DNA of 64,000 nucleotides. Origin: an uncultured Lachnospiraceae bacterium. Its GTDB lineage: Bacteria > Bacillota > Clostridia > Lachnospirales > Lachnospiraceae. A program made the position numbers and the translations under genes. The notes under the pieces are model-generated. The model did no database searches, was not told the DNA's origin, and saw nothing but the letters and a program-made list of their open reading frames with translations. The stretch lies in NCBI GenBank assembly GCA_902766735.1, contig CACXEU010000007.1, positions 62,509-126,508 on the forward strand, given 5' to 3'. Positions 48,373 through 56,302 of this stretch are shown piece after piece. Position 1 is the stretch's first letter, and the number at the start of each line of letters is the position of its first letter.

Positions 48373-49281
48373 ATGTTTAAAATGGAATACGGCAGAGCAA
48401 TCTGCTATTCAGGGTATCGGGAAGGACAGAGTCCTGTTACAGAAACATACCCAACCTATGATCAAATTGTAGAAGATATGAAAATTCTGGAAAAGCATGG
48501 CTTTAAGTACATAAGAATGTATGATCCGGTAAGCTATGCAGAAATGACTTGCCAGGTAATTAGGGATTTAGGACTGAATATCAAACTGATGTTAGGACCT
48601 GGATTAATTTCCGAAGTAAATAATCCGGGATGCCCGTGGTTACAGACCAATTATTCGGCAGAAGAATTGGCAGAACGTGCAAAATTCAACGATAAGAGAA
48701 TTGATGACTTAATCCGTATTGCGAATGAATATTCAGATGTGGTTAATGTGGTTTCCATTGGAAATGAAAACACACCGGATTGGGGGGCAAACAATGTGCC
48801 GGTAGAGCGTTTGGTAAGTTTTGCAAAGAGATTGCATGAAGGAACCGATAAGCCGGTAACCTTTAATGAAGGTGCTTTCGAATGGCCAAGAATTCCGCAG
48901 ATTGCAGAACAGATGGATATTATCTGTGTTCATTCTTATCCGCTTTGGCATGGAGTTTCCGTAGAAGATGGATTGGCTGAAAACAAAGAGTGGTATCAGA
49001 AAATCAAGGAAGCCTATCCGGATAAACCGGTAATCTTCTCTGAAGTGGGCTGGGCAACCAAGAGTAAGCCTGGAACTGAAATGGGAGAAGGTCAGACCAA
49101 TGAAGCAAACCAGAAAAAATATTATGATGAATTCTGGGAATGGGCAGATGAGGAACAGATTATCGCCTATATGTTTGAAGCCTTCGACGAACCGTGGAAG
49201 GGTGGAAATGACCCAATCGAAGCAGAAAAAAACTGGGGAATTTACTACGTAGACAGAACACCGAAACCGGTGGTGGAATAA
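48373..49281 (+). CDS. Cytoplasmic GH17-like beta-1,3-glucanase/glucosidase
   Basis: No signal peptide. N-terminus ICYSGYREGQSP...IVEDMKILEKHGFKYIRMYD resembles the GH17 pattern. Acid/base SIGNEN and nucleophile FSEVGWATKS (compare GH17 SE-x-GW). Confidence 0.6.
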   Translation: MFKMEYGRAICYSGYREGQSPVTETYPTYDQIVEDMKILEKHGFKYIRMYDPVSYAEMTCQVIRDLGLNIKLMLGPGLISEVNNPGCPWLQTNYSAEELAERAKFNDKRIDDLIRIANEYSDVVNVVSIGNENTPDWGANNVPVERLVSFAKRLHEGTDKPVTFNEGAFEWPRIPQIAEQMDIICVHSYPLWHGVSVEDGLAENKEWYQKIKEAYPDKPVIFSEVGWATKSKPGTEMGEGQTNEANQKKYYDEFWEWADEEQIIAYMFEAFDEPWKGGNDPIEAEKNWGIYYVDRTPKPVVE

Positions 49282-49504
49282 TATAAGACAGTCTTTCAGA
49301 CAATGTGACAAAAAGGACATTGTTTGAAAGGCTTTTCTTTTTATGAAAAAAATTGTTCAAGGTTGAAAATTGTTAAAAATGTACAAAAAGACGGTGAAAG
49401 TGTGGGCTCGCAAAGATTTATTTTGTTAGATTTATCAATTATTGCGTCTTAAAGAGAATTGTGCAAGATGCATAGTTAAAAAGGTTTTTAAAGAGAGAGA
49501 TTGG

Positions 49505-49533
49505 TTGAATTGCACATAACATTGTGGTAAAAT
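49505..49533 (+). promoter_or_regulatory. Putative extended -10 promoter of the surface-protein genes
   Basis: -35 ttgaat (49505-49510), 17-bp spacer ending in tgg, -10 taaaat (49528-49533). Confidence 0.45.
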
Positions 49534-49607
49534 GTCTTTATCATTGGTTACAGGGGAAGTGCCCTGTTAATGAGTAGAAAAATTAAAAATAAGAAAGGAG
49601 ACATTTT

Positions 49608-52514
49608 ATGAAACTCAGTAAAACAATGAAGAAATTAGTAGCATATGTATGTGCGATTGCGATGGTAGTTGCCGGATTGGCATATACTCCTGCAACAGTA
49701 AATGCTGCAGACACAATCTCCCCATTGAATAAGTGGATTCACCGTCAGGCAGATGGAACATTTATTTATGAAGATGGAGCAGAATACAATGCAGTAAGTG
49801 GTATTACAGCAATGTGGGCTGGAAATGGCGCAAATGTTGAAGTGAGTAACACAACAGCGGATTTAAATTCTTTGCCAATTAACGTAATTACACCGGGACC
49901 TACAGGACAGTGGGCAGTTCAGGTACATATTAATGTTACTGGCTTGGATGCTACAAAGGTTTATGGCATTAAATTGTTATTAGGGGAAACAACAGTATTT
50001 GAAACTTCTAAGAACAATGCAACATCTCATTCTCAGACAATTGATTTGGGAGGAAAACTTCCAGCAGGAGAAGGAACATTGACTTTAGCTGTTCAGGAAC
50101 TGAAGGAAGAAGATGAAAGCGTAGAGGTTAAGGAGATTACAATTAATCCAGACAATGAAAAGATGTTGGATACTGCAAAAATCTGGGCAGATTGGAAAAA
50201 TCCGACCGGAACAGCCAAGGCATATGTATACATTGGCGAAGTATCTGATGATAAGGCAGCTGCAACAACCGGTAACGGATGGATTTTTAATTATCAGGCA
50301 GGCCAGCCGATGACATCTATCGATAATGTAGCTCAGACAAAAGATGGAACAGTTAATGTTAAAGCTGGTGAGACCTATAAAGTTATTGTTGAAGCATTTA
50401 ATGCGTTTGATAAAAAAGTTGGATACGGAGAAATTGATATTACAGTTCCGAAGCCGGATGTTATTGGTGGACCGGTTCAGTTTAAGACAGAAACATTAAA
50501 GCGTCAGGATATTACAGTAAATGGAAATACATATAGTGCTTTATATGTTGATTGGAACAAAGTTCCTGGAGCAGCAGGATACAAGTCATACATTAATGAA
50601 GAAAAAGCAGGAAATGAAGCAAAGGCTTCTAACGGATGGATTTGGAGTGATCAGCCAGCTACTACAGGCTCTGGCGACACACATGTTGATACCGTATGGT
50701 CAACAAAAGATGGAAGTATCGTTGTTGACGAAAACACTTCTTATACATTAATCGTTGTAGCATATGATAGTGATGCTAACGAGATTGGACGTGGAACTAT
50801 TGTATTCCCAGCAAAAGATGGAGAAGTTACAACTGAAGAAGCATCATCAGAAGAACAGTCTTCAGAAGAAGCATCATCAGAGGAACAGTCATCAGAGGAA
50901 CAGTCATCAGAGGAACAGTCATCAGAGGAACAGTCATCAGAGGAACAGTCATCAGAGGAACAGTCATCAGAAGAACAGTCTTCAGAAGAGGCTTCATCAG
51001 AAGTTCCAACACAGGCACCTGAGTATGACTGGGTAGCACTTGGAAATGGTATTGGAGAAGGTGGAAATAATTTCTTCTATGATAAAAATTCTGCATCTGG
51101 TGTAAACGAAATTGTTAACGTACAGGCTCCTGGATGGGCATCAGAACCAGGTGTTTATACATCATATCCGGCTGGAATTACAAAAGTTTTAGTAAATGGA
51201 ATTGAAATGAATCCAGCAGGTATTCAGGGAGCAGGAGCATTAATTTTACTTTCTGCTTTAACAAAGAATATTAATGAAGTTTCTGTTGAATATGCAGGAG
51301 GAACAGCGTCATTCTTGATTAAGAATGATAACATTGCTCCGGAAGAACAGTCTTCAGAAGAAGAATCGTCAGAAGAACAGAGTTCAGAAGAAGAATCATC
51401 AGAAGAACAGAGTTCAGAAGAAGAATCATCAGAAGAGCAGAGTTCAGAAGAAGAATCATCAGAAGAGCAGTCTTCAGAAGAAGTTACAAAGGCACCAATT
51501 GATGAACTTAATATTGATGTAGCCGCACAGGGAGAAGGAGAGCCAACACAGACAGTAGGTGGATATGATATTTATGCTGGTTCATGGAACAACTCTACAG
51601 CAAAGGCTGGTGTTGATGCAGAAGATGCAGATCATATCAAGGTTTCACCACAGTCTAGCTTATGGTATGATGCATGGGGCCTCCAGATTCAGAAAAATGT
51701 AGGAGGATTGAATGCTGGAACTGATTATAGTTATGAATTTGATGTGAAGGCAGACAATAATGATGGTAAAGTAAAAATTACAGGATCAAATGATGAAATT
51801 CTTTTGACAGGTGAAGCACAGACCCTTTCAGGTACTGTCACAACAGATGCAGACGGTGTTGCAAAAGTTTGCATTGGAATGGGTTGGGAAGGATTAAACA
51901 ATGGATTAGAAGTTTATGGCATTACTATTAAGGATGCCGACGGAAATGTTGTATATCCTAAGTCAGAAGAAGAGTCATCAGAAGAACAGAGTTCAGAAGA
52001 ACAGAGCTCAGAAGAACAGAGTTCAGAAGAACAGAGTTCAGAAGAACAGAGCTCAGAAGAACAGAGCTCAGAAGAACAGAGCTCAGAATTACCATCTGTT
52101 GAACCTTCATCAGAAGTAACAACAGCACCTGCAACAACAAAGGCACCTGCAACAACAAAGAGTGCAGCTCAGCAGATTGCAGACTTCCAGAAGAAGTGTG
52201 GTGTTGCAAAGGTAAAACTTGCTTCTAAGGCTAAAAAATCAGCTAAGAAGGTTAAAGTAACATTGAAGAAGAATGTTAAGGGTGCAGACGGATTGGTAGT
52301 TCGCTTCTATAAGAGCAGAAAACTTGCAAGAAAGAATCAGAAGTTTGTAAAAGAATTTACAGTTAAGAAGAACCCTAAGACATTTACTCTTAAGAACAAG
52401 AAACTGAAAGCGAAGAAATTATTTATCCGAGTATGTGGATACAAGATGATCAACGGAAAGAAAGTCTTTGCTAAGAAGTGGTCTGTTACAAAGAGTGTTA
52501 AAATTAAAAAATAG
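49608..52514 (+). CDS. 968-aa secreted multidomain protein: CBM-like modules, two FN3-like internal repeats, three acidic SSEEQ linkers, C-terminal lysine-rich FN3-like module
   Basis: Signal peptide MKLSKTMKKLVAYVCAIAMVVAGLAYTPATVNA. CBM-like TGQWAVQVHINVTG and WYDAWGLQIQKNVGG. Internal repeats containing GNGWIFNYQ and SNGWIWSDQ. C-terminus KKVKVTLKKNVKGADGLVVRFYKSRK...LFIRVCGYKMINGKKVFAKKWS. Confidence 0.75.
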   Translation: MKLSKTMKKLVAYVCAIAMVVAGLAYTPATVNAADTISPLNKWIHRQADGTFIYEDGAEYNAVSGITAMWAGNGANVEVSNTTADLNSLPINVITPGPTGQWAVQVHINVTGLDATKVYGIKLLLGETTVFETSKNNATSHSQTIDLGGKLPAGEGTLTLAVQELKEEDESVEVKEITINPDNEKMLDTAKIWADWKNPTGTAKAYVYIGEVSDDKAAATTGNGWIFNYQAGQPMTSIDNVAQTKDGTVNVKAGETYKVIVEAFNAFDKKVGYGEIDITVPKPDVIGGPVQFKTETLKRQDITVNGNTYSALYVDWNKVPGAAGYKSYINEEKAGNEAKASNGWIWSDQPATTGSGDTHVDTVWSTKDGSIVVDENTSYTLIVVAYDSDANEIGRGTIVFPAKDGEVTTEEASSEEQSSEEASSEEQSSEEQSSEEQSSEEQSSEEQSSEEQSSEEQSSEEASSEVPTQAPEYDWVALGNGIGEGGNNFFYDKNSASGVNEIVNVQAPGWASEPGVYTSYPAGITKVLVNGIEMNPAGIQGAGALILLSALTKNINEVSVEYAGGTASFLIKNDNIAPEEQSSEEESSEEQSSEEESSEEQSSEEESSEEQSSEEESSEEQSSEEVTKAPIDELNIDVAAQGEGEPTQTVGGYDIYAGSWNNSTAKAGVDAEDADHIKVSPQSSLWYDAWGLQIQKNVGGLNAGTDYSYEFDVKADNNDGKVKITGSNDEILLTGEAQTLSGTVTTDADGVAKVCIGMGWEGLNNGLEVYGITIKDADGNVVYPKSEEESSEEQSSEEQSSEEQSSEEQSSEEQSSEEQSSEEQSSELPSVEPSSEVTTAPATTKAPATTKSAAQQIADFQKKCGVAKVKLASKAKKSAKKVKVTLKKNVKGADGLVVRFYKSRKLARKNQKFVKEFTVKKNPKTFTLKNKKLKAKKLFIRVCGYKMINGKKVFAKKWSVTKSVKIKK
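50835..51002 (+). repeat. 15-nt in-frame tandem repeat, 11 units encoding (EE[QA]SS)n
   Basis: The core unit tcatcagaggaacag is repeated almost identically. 56 codons counted by hand. Confidence 0.9.
51342..51482 (+). repeat. 30-nt in-frame tandem repeat encoding (EEQSSEEESS)n, about 4.7 units
   Basis: gaagaacagagttcagaagaagaatcatca repeated; 47 codons. Confidence 0.9.
51966..52088 (+). repeat. 15-nt in-frame tandem repeat encoding EEESS(EEQSS)7E
   Basis: The unit gaagaacagag[tc]tca is repeated. Serine codons (agt/agc + tca) differ from those of the first array (tca + tca). Confidence 0.9.
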
Positions 52515-52534
52515 TCCATTGTAACATGGAACGG

Positions 52535-52567
52535 AGAGCGACTTTAATAAGTCGCTCTCTTTTTTAT
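52535..52567 (+). terminator. Rho-independent terminator
   Basis: agagcgactt (52535-52544) / aagtcgctct (52549-52558), 4-nt loop, then cttttttatttg. Confidence 0.75.
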
Positions 52568-52681
52568 TTGGCAAACGAAGAAAAATACGAATTAACCAGA
52601 ACAAATTTGAAAATAAAAGTTGTGCTTTGATACATATGGTGCTAGAATCAATATCAAGAAAAAAGGACGGATTGGAGAAAG

Positions 52682-53845
52682 ATGATGAAGAAAAAAATTT
52701 TTGCGTTATTTATGGCTTTAACATTACTTGGTAGTACAATTAGTATCTCAGCGGACGAAGAGGGGGTTGTGGTTGATAATCCATGGGCTGATTTTTTTGC
52801 CGGAACGAAAATAGGATTTGATGTCAATGATTCGTGTTTAAACGGATGGACAGGTTCATCTGCTACAGTAGAGTCGCAGAACAACAATGCGATAGTGAAG
52901 GTTGCCACGACAGGAACATCCAAAGGTGATGAGTCTATGTGGGCGATTCAGATTAAGAGTGTGGCTTTTGATGTGATTGTCGGAGAAAAATATAAATATA
53001 CGGCCACGTTGATGTCCACAAAGGATAAAGAAATTGTTATTAAATTGGCTTCTACCGATGGAAATAATACGGAGTACAAAGCGCTTCGAGTACAGTTGAA
53101 AGCAAATGAATCGAAAAACATTGCAATCGACAACATTGAACCGACGATGAATGGAATGCAGGTAATTTATGCGTTGGGAACAATGGGAACAGAAACTCCT
53201 GTTACGAATTTTGAAGTTATTTTGAATAACTCCTTGGTGGAAGGAACCTTGCCGAAAAATAATCCAACAACTGAAGTTACGTCTTCTGAATTAACATCAG
53301 AAGTGACATCAGAGGTAAGCACGTCGGAGGTGAGCACATCAGAAGTGACATCAGAGGTAAGCACGTCGGAAATAACAACATCAGAAGCGAGTACGACAGA
53401 ATTGACTTCGAAGGAATCTTCTACAGAGTCGGTTACTGGGTCTTCTAACCAGTCTTCGACGAAAGAATTAAAAACAACTAGCAGCGAACAGAAACAAATT
53501 CAGGAATTTCAGAAGAAATGTGGTGTTGCAAAAGTTAAACTTGCTACTAAGGCTAAGAAATCAGCTAAGAAGATTAAAGTGACTTTGAAGAAAAAAGTGA
53601 AGGGTGCAGATGGATTAGTTGTTCGTTTTTATAAGAGTCGAAAACTTGCAAAAACGAATAAGAAGTATGTGAAGGAATTTACGGTAGTAGGTAATCTAAA
53701 TAAATTTTCTCTGAAAAATAAGAAATTAAAATCAAATAAATTATTTATTAGGGTGTGTGGCTACAAGATGATTGGGGGAAAGAAAGTCTTTTCCAAGAAG
53801 TGGTCTGTAACAAAGGCGGTTAAAATTGTAAAGAAGAAGTCGTAA
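52682..53845 (+). CDS. 387-aa secreted CBM-like protein with TSEV-type acidic Thr/Ser linker and C-terminal lysine-rich FN3-like module
   Basis: Signal peptide MMKKKIFALFMALTLLGSTISISA. CBM-like ESMWAIQIKSVAFDVIVGEKYKY. Linker TSEVTSEVSTSEVSTSEVTSEVSTSE. The C-terminal ~115 aa is nearly identical to the C-terminus of the 968-aa protein. Confidence 0.7.
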   Translation: MMKKKIFALFMALTLLGSTISISADEEGVVVDNPWADFFAGTKIGFDVNDSCLNGWTGSSATVESQNNNAIVKVATTGTSKGDESMWAIQIKSVAFDVIVGEKYKYTATLMSTKDKEIVIKLASTDGNNTEYKALRVQLKANESKNIAIDNIEPTMNGMQVIYALGTMGTETPVTNFEVILNNSLVEGTLPKNNPTTEVTSSELTSEVTSEVSTSEVSTSEVTSEVSTSEITTSEASTTELTSKESSTESVTGSSNQSSTKELKTTSSEQKQIQEFQKKCGVAKVKLATKAKKSAKKIKVTLKKKVKGADGLVVRFYKSRKLAKTNKKYVKEFTVVGNLNKFSLKNKKLKSNKLFIRVCGYKMIGGKKVFSKKWSVTKAVKIVKKKS

Positions 53846-53857
53846 GGAGAAAATAGA

Positions 53858-54367
53858 ATGAAGAAGAAAATAATTGTAATTGCCACAGCAGCAATGGTGA
53901 TGGGGTCCGTTAGTCCAATCGCCGCATGGGGAGCAGAGGTGGAAACGGATCAAGGAGAAGTGGTGTCTAATCCCTGGACTGACCTGTTTGATGAAACAAC
54001 GAAGAGCGAAGGCGGCGAAGGAAATTCGGGTAATTCCGGTAAAATTAATGGAAGCGTTGGGACGGTTAAGATTGTTAAAAAAATCATTAAGAAAAAGAAC
54101 GCAAAGAAAATAAAGATTACCATTAAGAAGTTAGCTGGTGTAAATGGATATCAGGTGTATGTGTTTAAAAAGAAATCTTTTGCAAAAAAGAACAAAAAGA
54201 TTTTAGTTGAGAAACGTATTACAAAGAACAGGAAAGTACTGAAGATATCAAATAAAAAATTAAGTAAAAAGAAATCGCTCTTCGTCAAAGTTCGTGCATA
54301 TAAGAAGGTGAATGGGCGAATTGTGTATGGATCCTGGTCTAAAATTGCAAAGATTAAGGTGAAATAA
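53858..54367 (+). CDS. 169-aa secreted protein consisting mainly of the lysine-rich FN3-like module
   Basis: RBS aaggagaa. Signal peptide MKKKIIVIATAAMVMGSVSPIAAWG. Module KKIKITIKKLAGVNGYQVYVFKKKSFAKKNKK...LFVKVRAYKKVNGRIVYGSWS. Confidence 0.65.
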   Translation: MKKKIIVIATAAMVMGSVSPIAAWGAEVETDQGEVVSNPWTDLFDETTKSEGGEGNSGNSGKINGSVGTVKIVKKIIKKKNAKKIKITIKKLAGVNGYQVYVFKKKSFAKKNKKILVEKRITKNRKVLKISNKKLSKKKSLFVKVRAYKKVNGRIVYGSWSKIAKIKVK

Positions 54368-54769
54368 ATAGGCAGAAATGTCGTAAGAAAATTAATGAAA
54401 AACGTGTAAAAAAACAGAAAAAAGACTAAAAAGAAATTTCGAGAGAAAAATGAGGACTTTTACTGAAAATATGAACAAATTGTTAAAAAATAAACAATGA
54501 AAAAATGATTGAGTAAGAGTGATTTAGAGGATGATCGATAAAATGTCGATTAAATGGCGGGAAAATGGAAACGTTGAGAAAAATAGAGTGCCTATATACA
54601 TTATTTAAATATTAACAAAAAATGAACAAAAAATTAAAAAAATAATTTTGAAATAATGAACAAGGTGTGAAATTTTTTCCAAAGGTGACGAAATTTTATC
54701 AAAGTAGGTTAAAAAAGTTAAGAAAAGCAAAAAAAAGTTAAAAATAGTAAAAAAAAAGCTTGTTTGATA

Positions 54770-54797
54770 TTGATTTTTTTCTGAAATTTGGTAAAAT
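54770..54797 (+). promoter_or_regulatory. Putative extended -10 promoter of the Tad operon
   Basis: -35 ttgatt (54770-54775), 16-bp spacer, tgg then taaaat (54792-54797). It lies 56 nt upstream of the prepilin peptidase start. Confidence 0.4.
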
Positions 54798-54853
54798 GAT
54801 TTTACAGTAAAAAATGAACGAACCAAACAAATAAAGTTAGGAGATTACATCTC

Positions 54854-55522
54854 ATGATATCTTTGATAATAAGAATATTACTCGGAGTAGCCGCTGGCAC
54901 AGCTTGTAAGTTTATTGGAGATTTGATTGAAAAACAACTCCTCAAAAATCGAGAGTTGGAATTTAGGCACGTGAAACATGAGAATGTGCTTTTTATTATC
55001 GGATCAGCCTTGACTGGTGGATTGATTGCTTGGAGGATTACTTCTAAGGCAGAGATGTGCTACATATTTTTACTGTTAGTAACAGTTGTAGTGATAGTCG
55101 AAATGGACATTCATCACCGTGTGATTCCAAATGATATATTGTTAGCAGTGCTGGTTTTGAAATTGGCATTTGGCATACCGTATTTATTTGGGATGGAAAC
55201 ATTCCCGGAATTCCATGTTGCGAGTTCGATTGTTGGAATGATAGTTGGCTTTATTATCTTCGTCGCACCGGCGGCCTTAGCAAAGCAGGTCGGTATGGGA
55301 GATGTAAAACTGGCGGCAGTGATGGGATTTGTCTTAGGATTCTTTGGTTGTATGACCGCTATTATAGTTATGGGATTCTTGGTTGCCGGTTACACGGTAC
55401 TCCAAAGAGATATGCCGGTACTGACCATGGTTAAGACAATGATTCCTATGGGACCGTTTTTAGCGGTGGCGATGGTTGTAGTATTACTATTACCAGATGA
55501 ACTATTCACTATTAACATTTAA
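54854..55522 (+). CDS. tadV: A24-family prepilin peptidase (CpaA/TadV-like)
   Basis: Polytopic membrane protein with the two catalytic Asp contexts EMDIHHRVIPND and GMGDVKLAAVMG. RBS aggagatt. Confidence 0.8.
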   Translation: MISLIIRILLGVAAGTACKFIGDLIEKQLLKNRELEFRHVKHENVLFIIGSALTGGLIAWRITSKAEMCYIFLLLVTVVVIVEMDIHHRVIPNDILLAVLVLKLAFGIPYLFGMETFPEFHVASSIVGMIVGFIIFVAPAALAKQVGMGDVKLAAVMGFVLGFFGCMTAIIVMGFLVAGYTVLQRDMPVLTMVKTMIPMGPFLAVAMVVVLLLPDELFTINI

Positions 55523-55584
55523 TTAGTTTCCGACAACGAAATACGTTGTTAGAGATAAATACAAATAATAAGGAGGAACACATT

Positions 55585-55737
55585 ATGATCAAGAATTTCT
55601 TAAAGGATGAAAGCGGACAGGGAATGGTAGAATATGCACTTATTATTGCATTAATCGCAGTTGCACTTATCGCAGTTGTTGTTCTCTTAAAGAACAAGAT
55701 TTCTGATACATTCTCAAACGCAGCAAACAACTTATAA
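55585..55737 (+). CDS. flp: Flp-family type IVb pilin (50-aa prepilin)
   Basis: Start at MIKNFLKDESGQG (RBS aaggagga). Flp motif G/MVEYALIIALIAVALIAVV. Confidence 0.85.
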   Translation: MIKNFLKDESGQGMVEYALIIALIAVALIAVVVLLKNKISDTFSNAANNL

Positions 55738-55859
55738 GATTTAGTTGCCTTGCGCAATTGAAGAACAAAAAATCAAATTCTAATGGTAGTAGGGTGGGTA
55801 ATTACTCACCCTATTATTCATCCAGGGAAAAGTTAATTTAAAGAAAAAAGGACATATGT

Positions 55860-56267
55860 ATGAAACGAAGATTTTTTAAAAATGAAAAAGGACAGGCTAT
55901 GGTTGAGTTTGCTATTGTTCTGCCTCTTTTGTTATTAATCTTATGTGGTATCTTGGATTTTGGGTGGATTTACTTTAACAGGTATAAGGTTGAAGATGCG
56001 ACTTATCAGGGTGCAAGATTCGCATTTGTCGCTGTTTCAAGGTCGACAGATCCAACAGCTGATGATGCGACGATTAAGAACAACACAGAAAACTTTGTTC
56101 GACAAGGATTGCCTAATCATGGTACTGGTGCCGATGTTGATGTAACTATCACAGCAGACACAATCACGGTCGAAGTGGAAAACAGAGTAAACTGTCTTAC
56201 GATTGTTGGACAGACTTTCTTAGGCAGAACATATACCGCACGCTCGAGAAGCGTTGCGGCTAGATAA
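55860..56267 (+). CDS. tadE: TadE-like pseudopilin
   Basis: N-terminus KGQAMVEFAIVLPLLLLILCGILDFGWIY is the typical TadE N-terminal domain. Confidence 0.75.
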   Translation: MKRRFFKNEKGQAMVEFAIVLPLLLLILCGILDFGWIYFNRYKVEDATYQGARFAFVAVSRSTDPTADDATIKNNTENFVRQGLPNHGTGADVDVTITADTITVEVENRVNCLTIVGQTFLGRTYTARSRSVAAR

Positions 56268-56302
56268 AAAACAATAAAAAATAGACAAAATGGAGTGTAG
56301 AT

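Noticed and set aside
48733-49320. 195-aa minus-strand ORF opposite the GH17-like gene
   Set aside because: It has no recognisable motifs, while the plus-strand frame carries GH17-like catalytic motifs, an RBS and operon context. Other antisense ORFs were rejected for the same reason: 10174-10530, 14283-14654, 14754-15137, 19182-19637, 22208-22624, 43998-44417 and 58312-58719.
50764-52209. Several 65-90-aa ORFs on both strands (50764-51036, 50827-51096, 51325-51522, 51916-52119, 51958-52209)
   Set aside because: These are alternative-frame and antisense read-throughs of the SSEEQ tandem repeats, giving repetitive NSHQR or LLMTVP peptides. They are artefacts of repeat periodicity.
54605-54826. 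73-aa minus-strand ORF in the Tad upstream region
   Set aside because: It is an F/L/I-rich translation of the T-rich complement of an A-tract intergenic region. It has no RBS and no recognisable fold.
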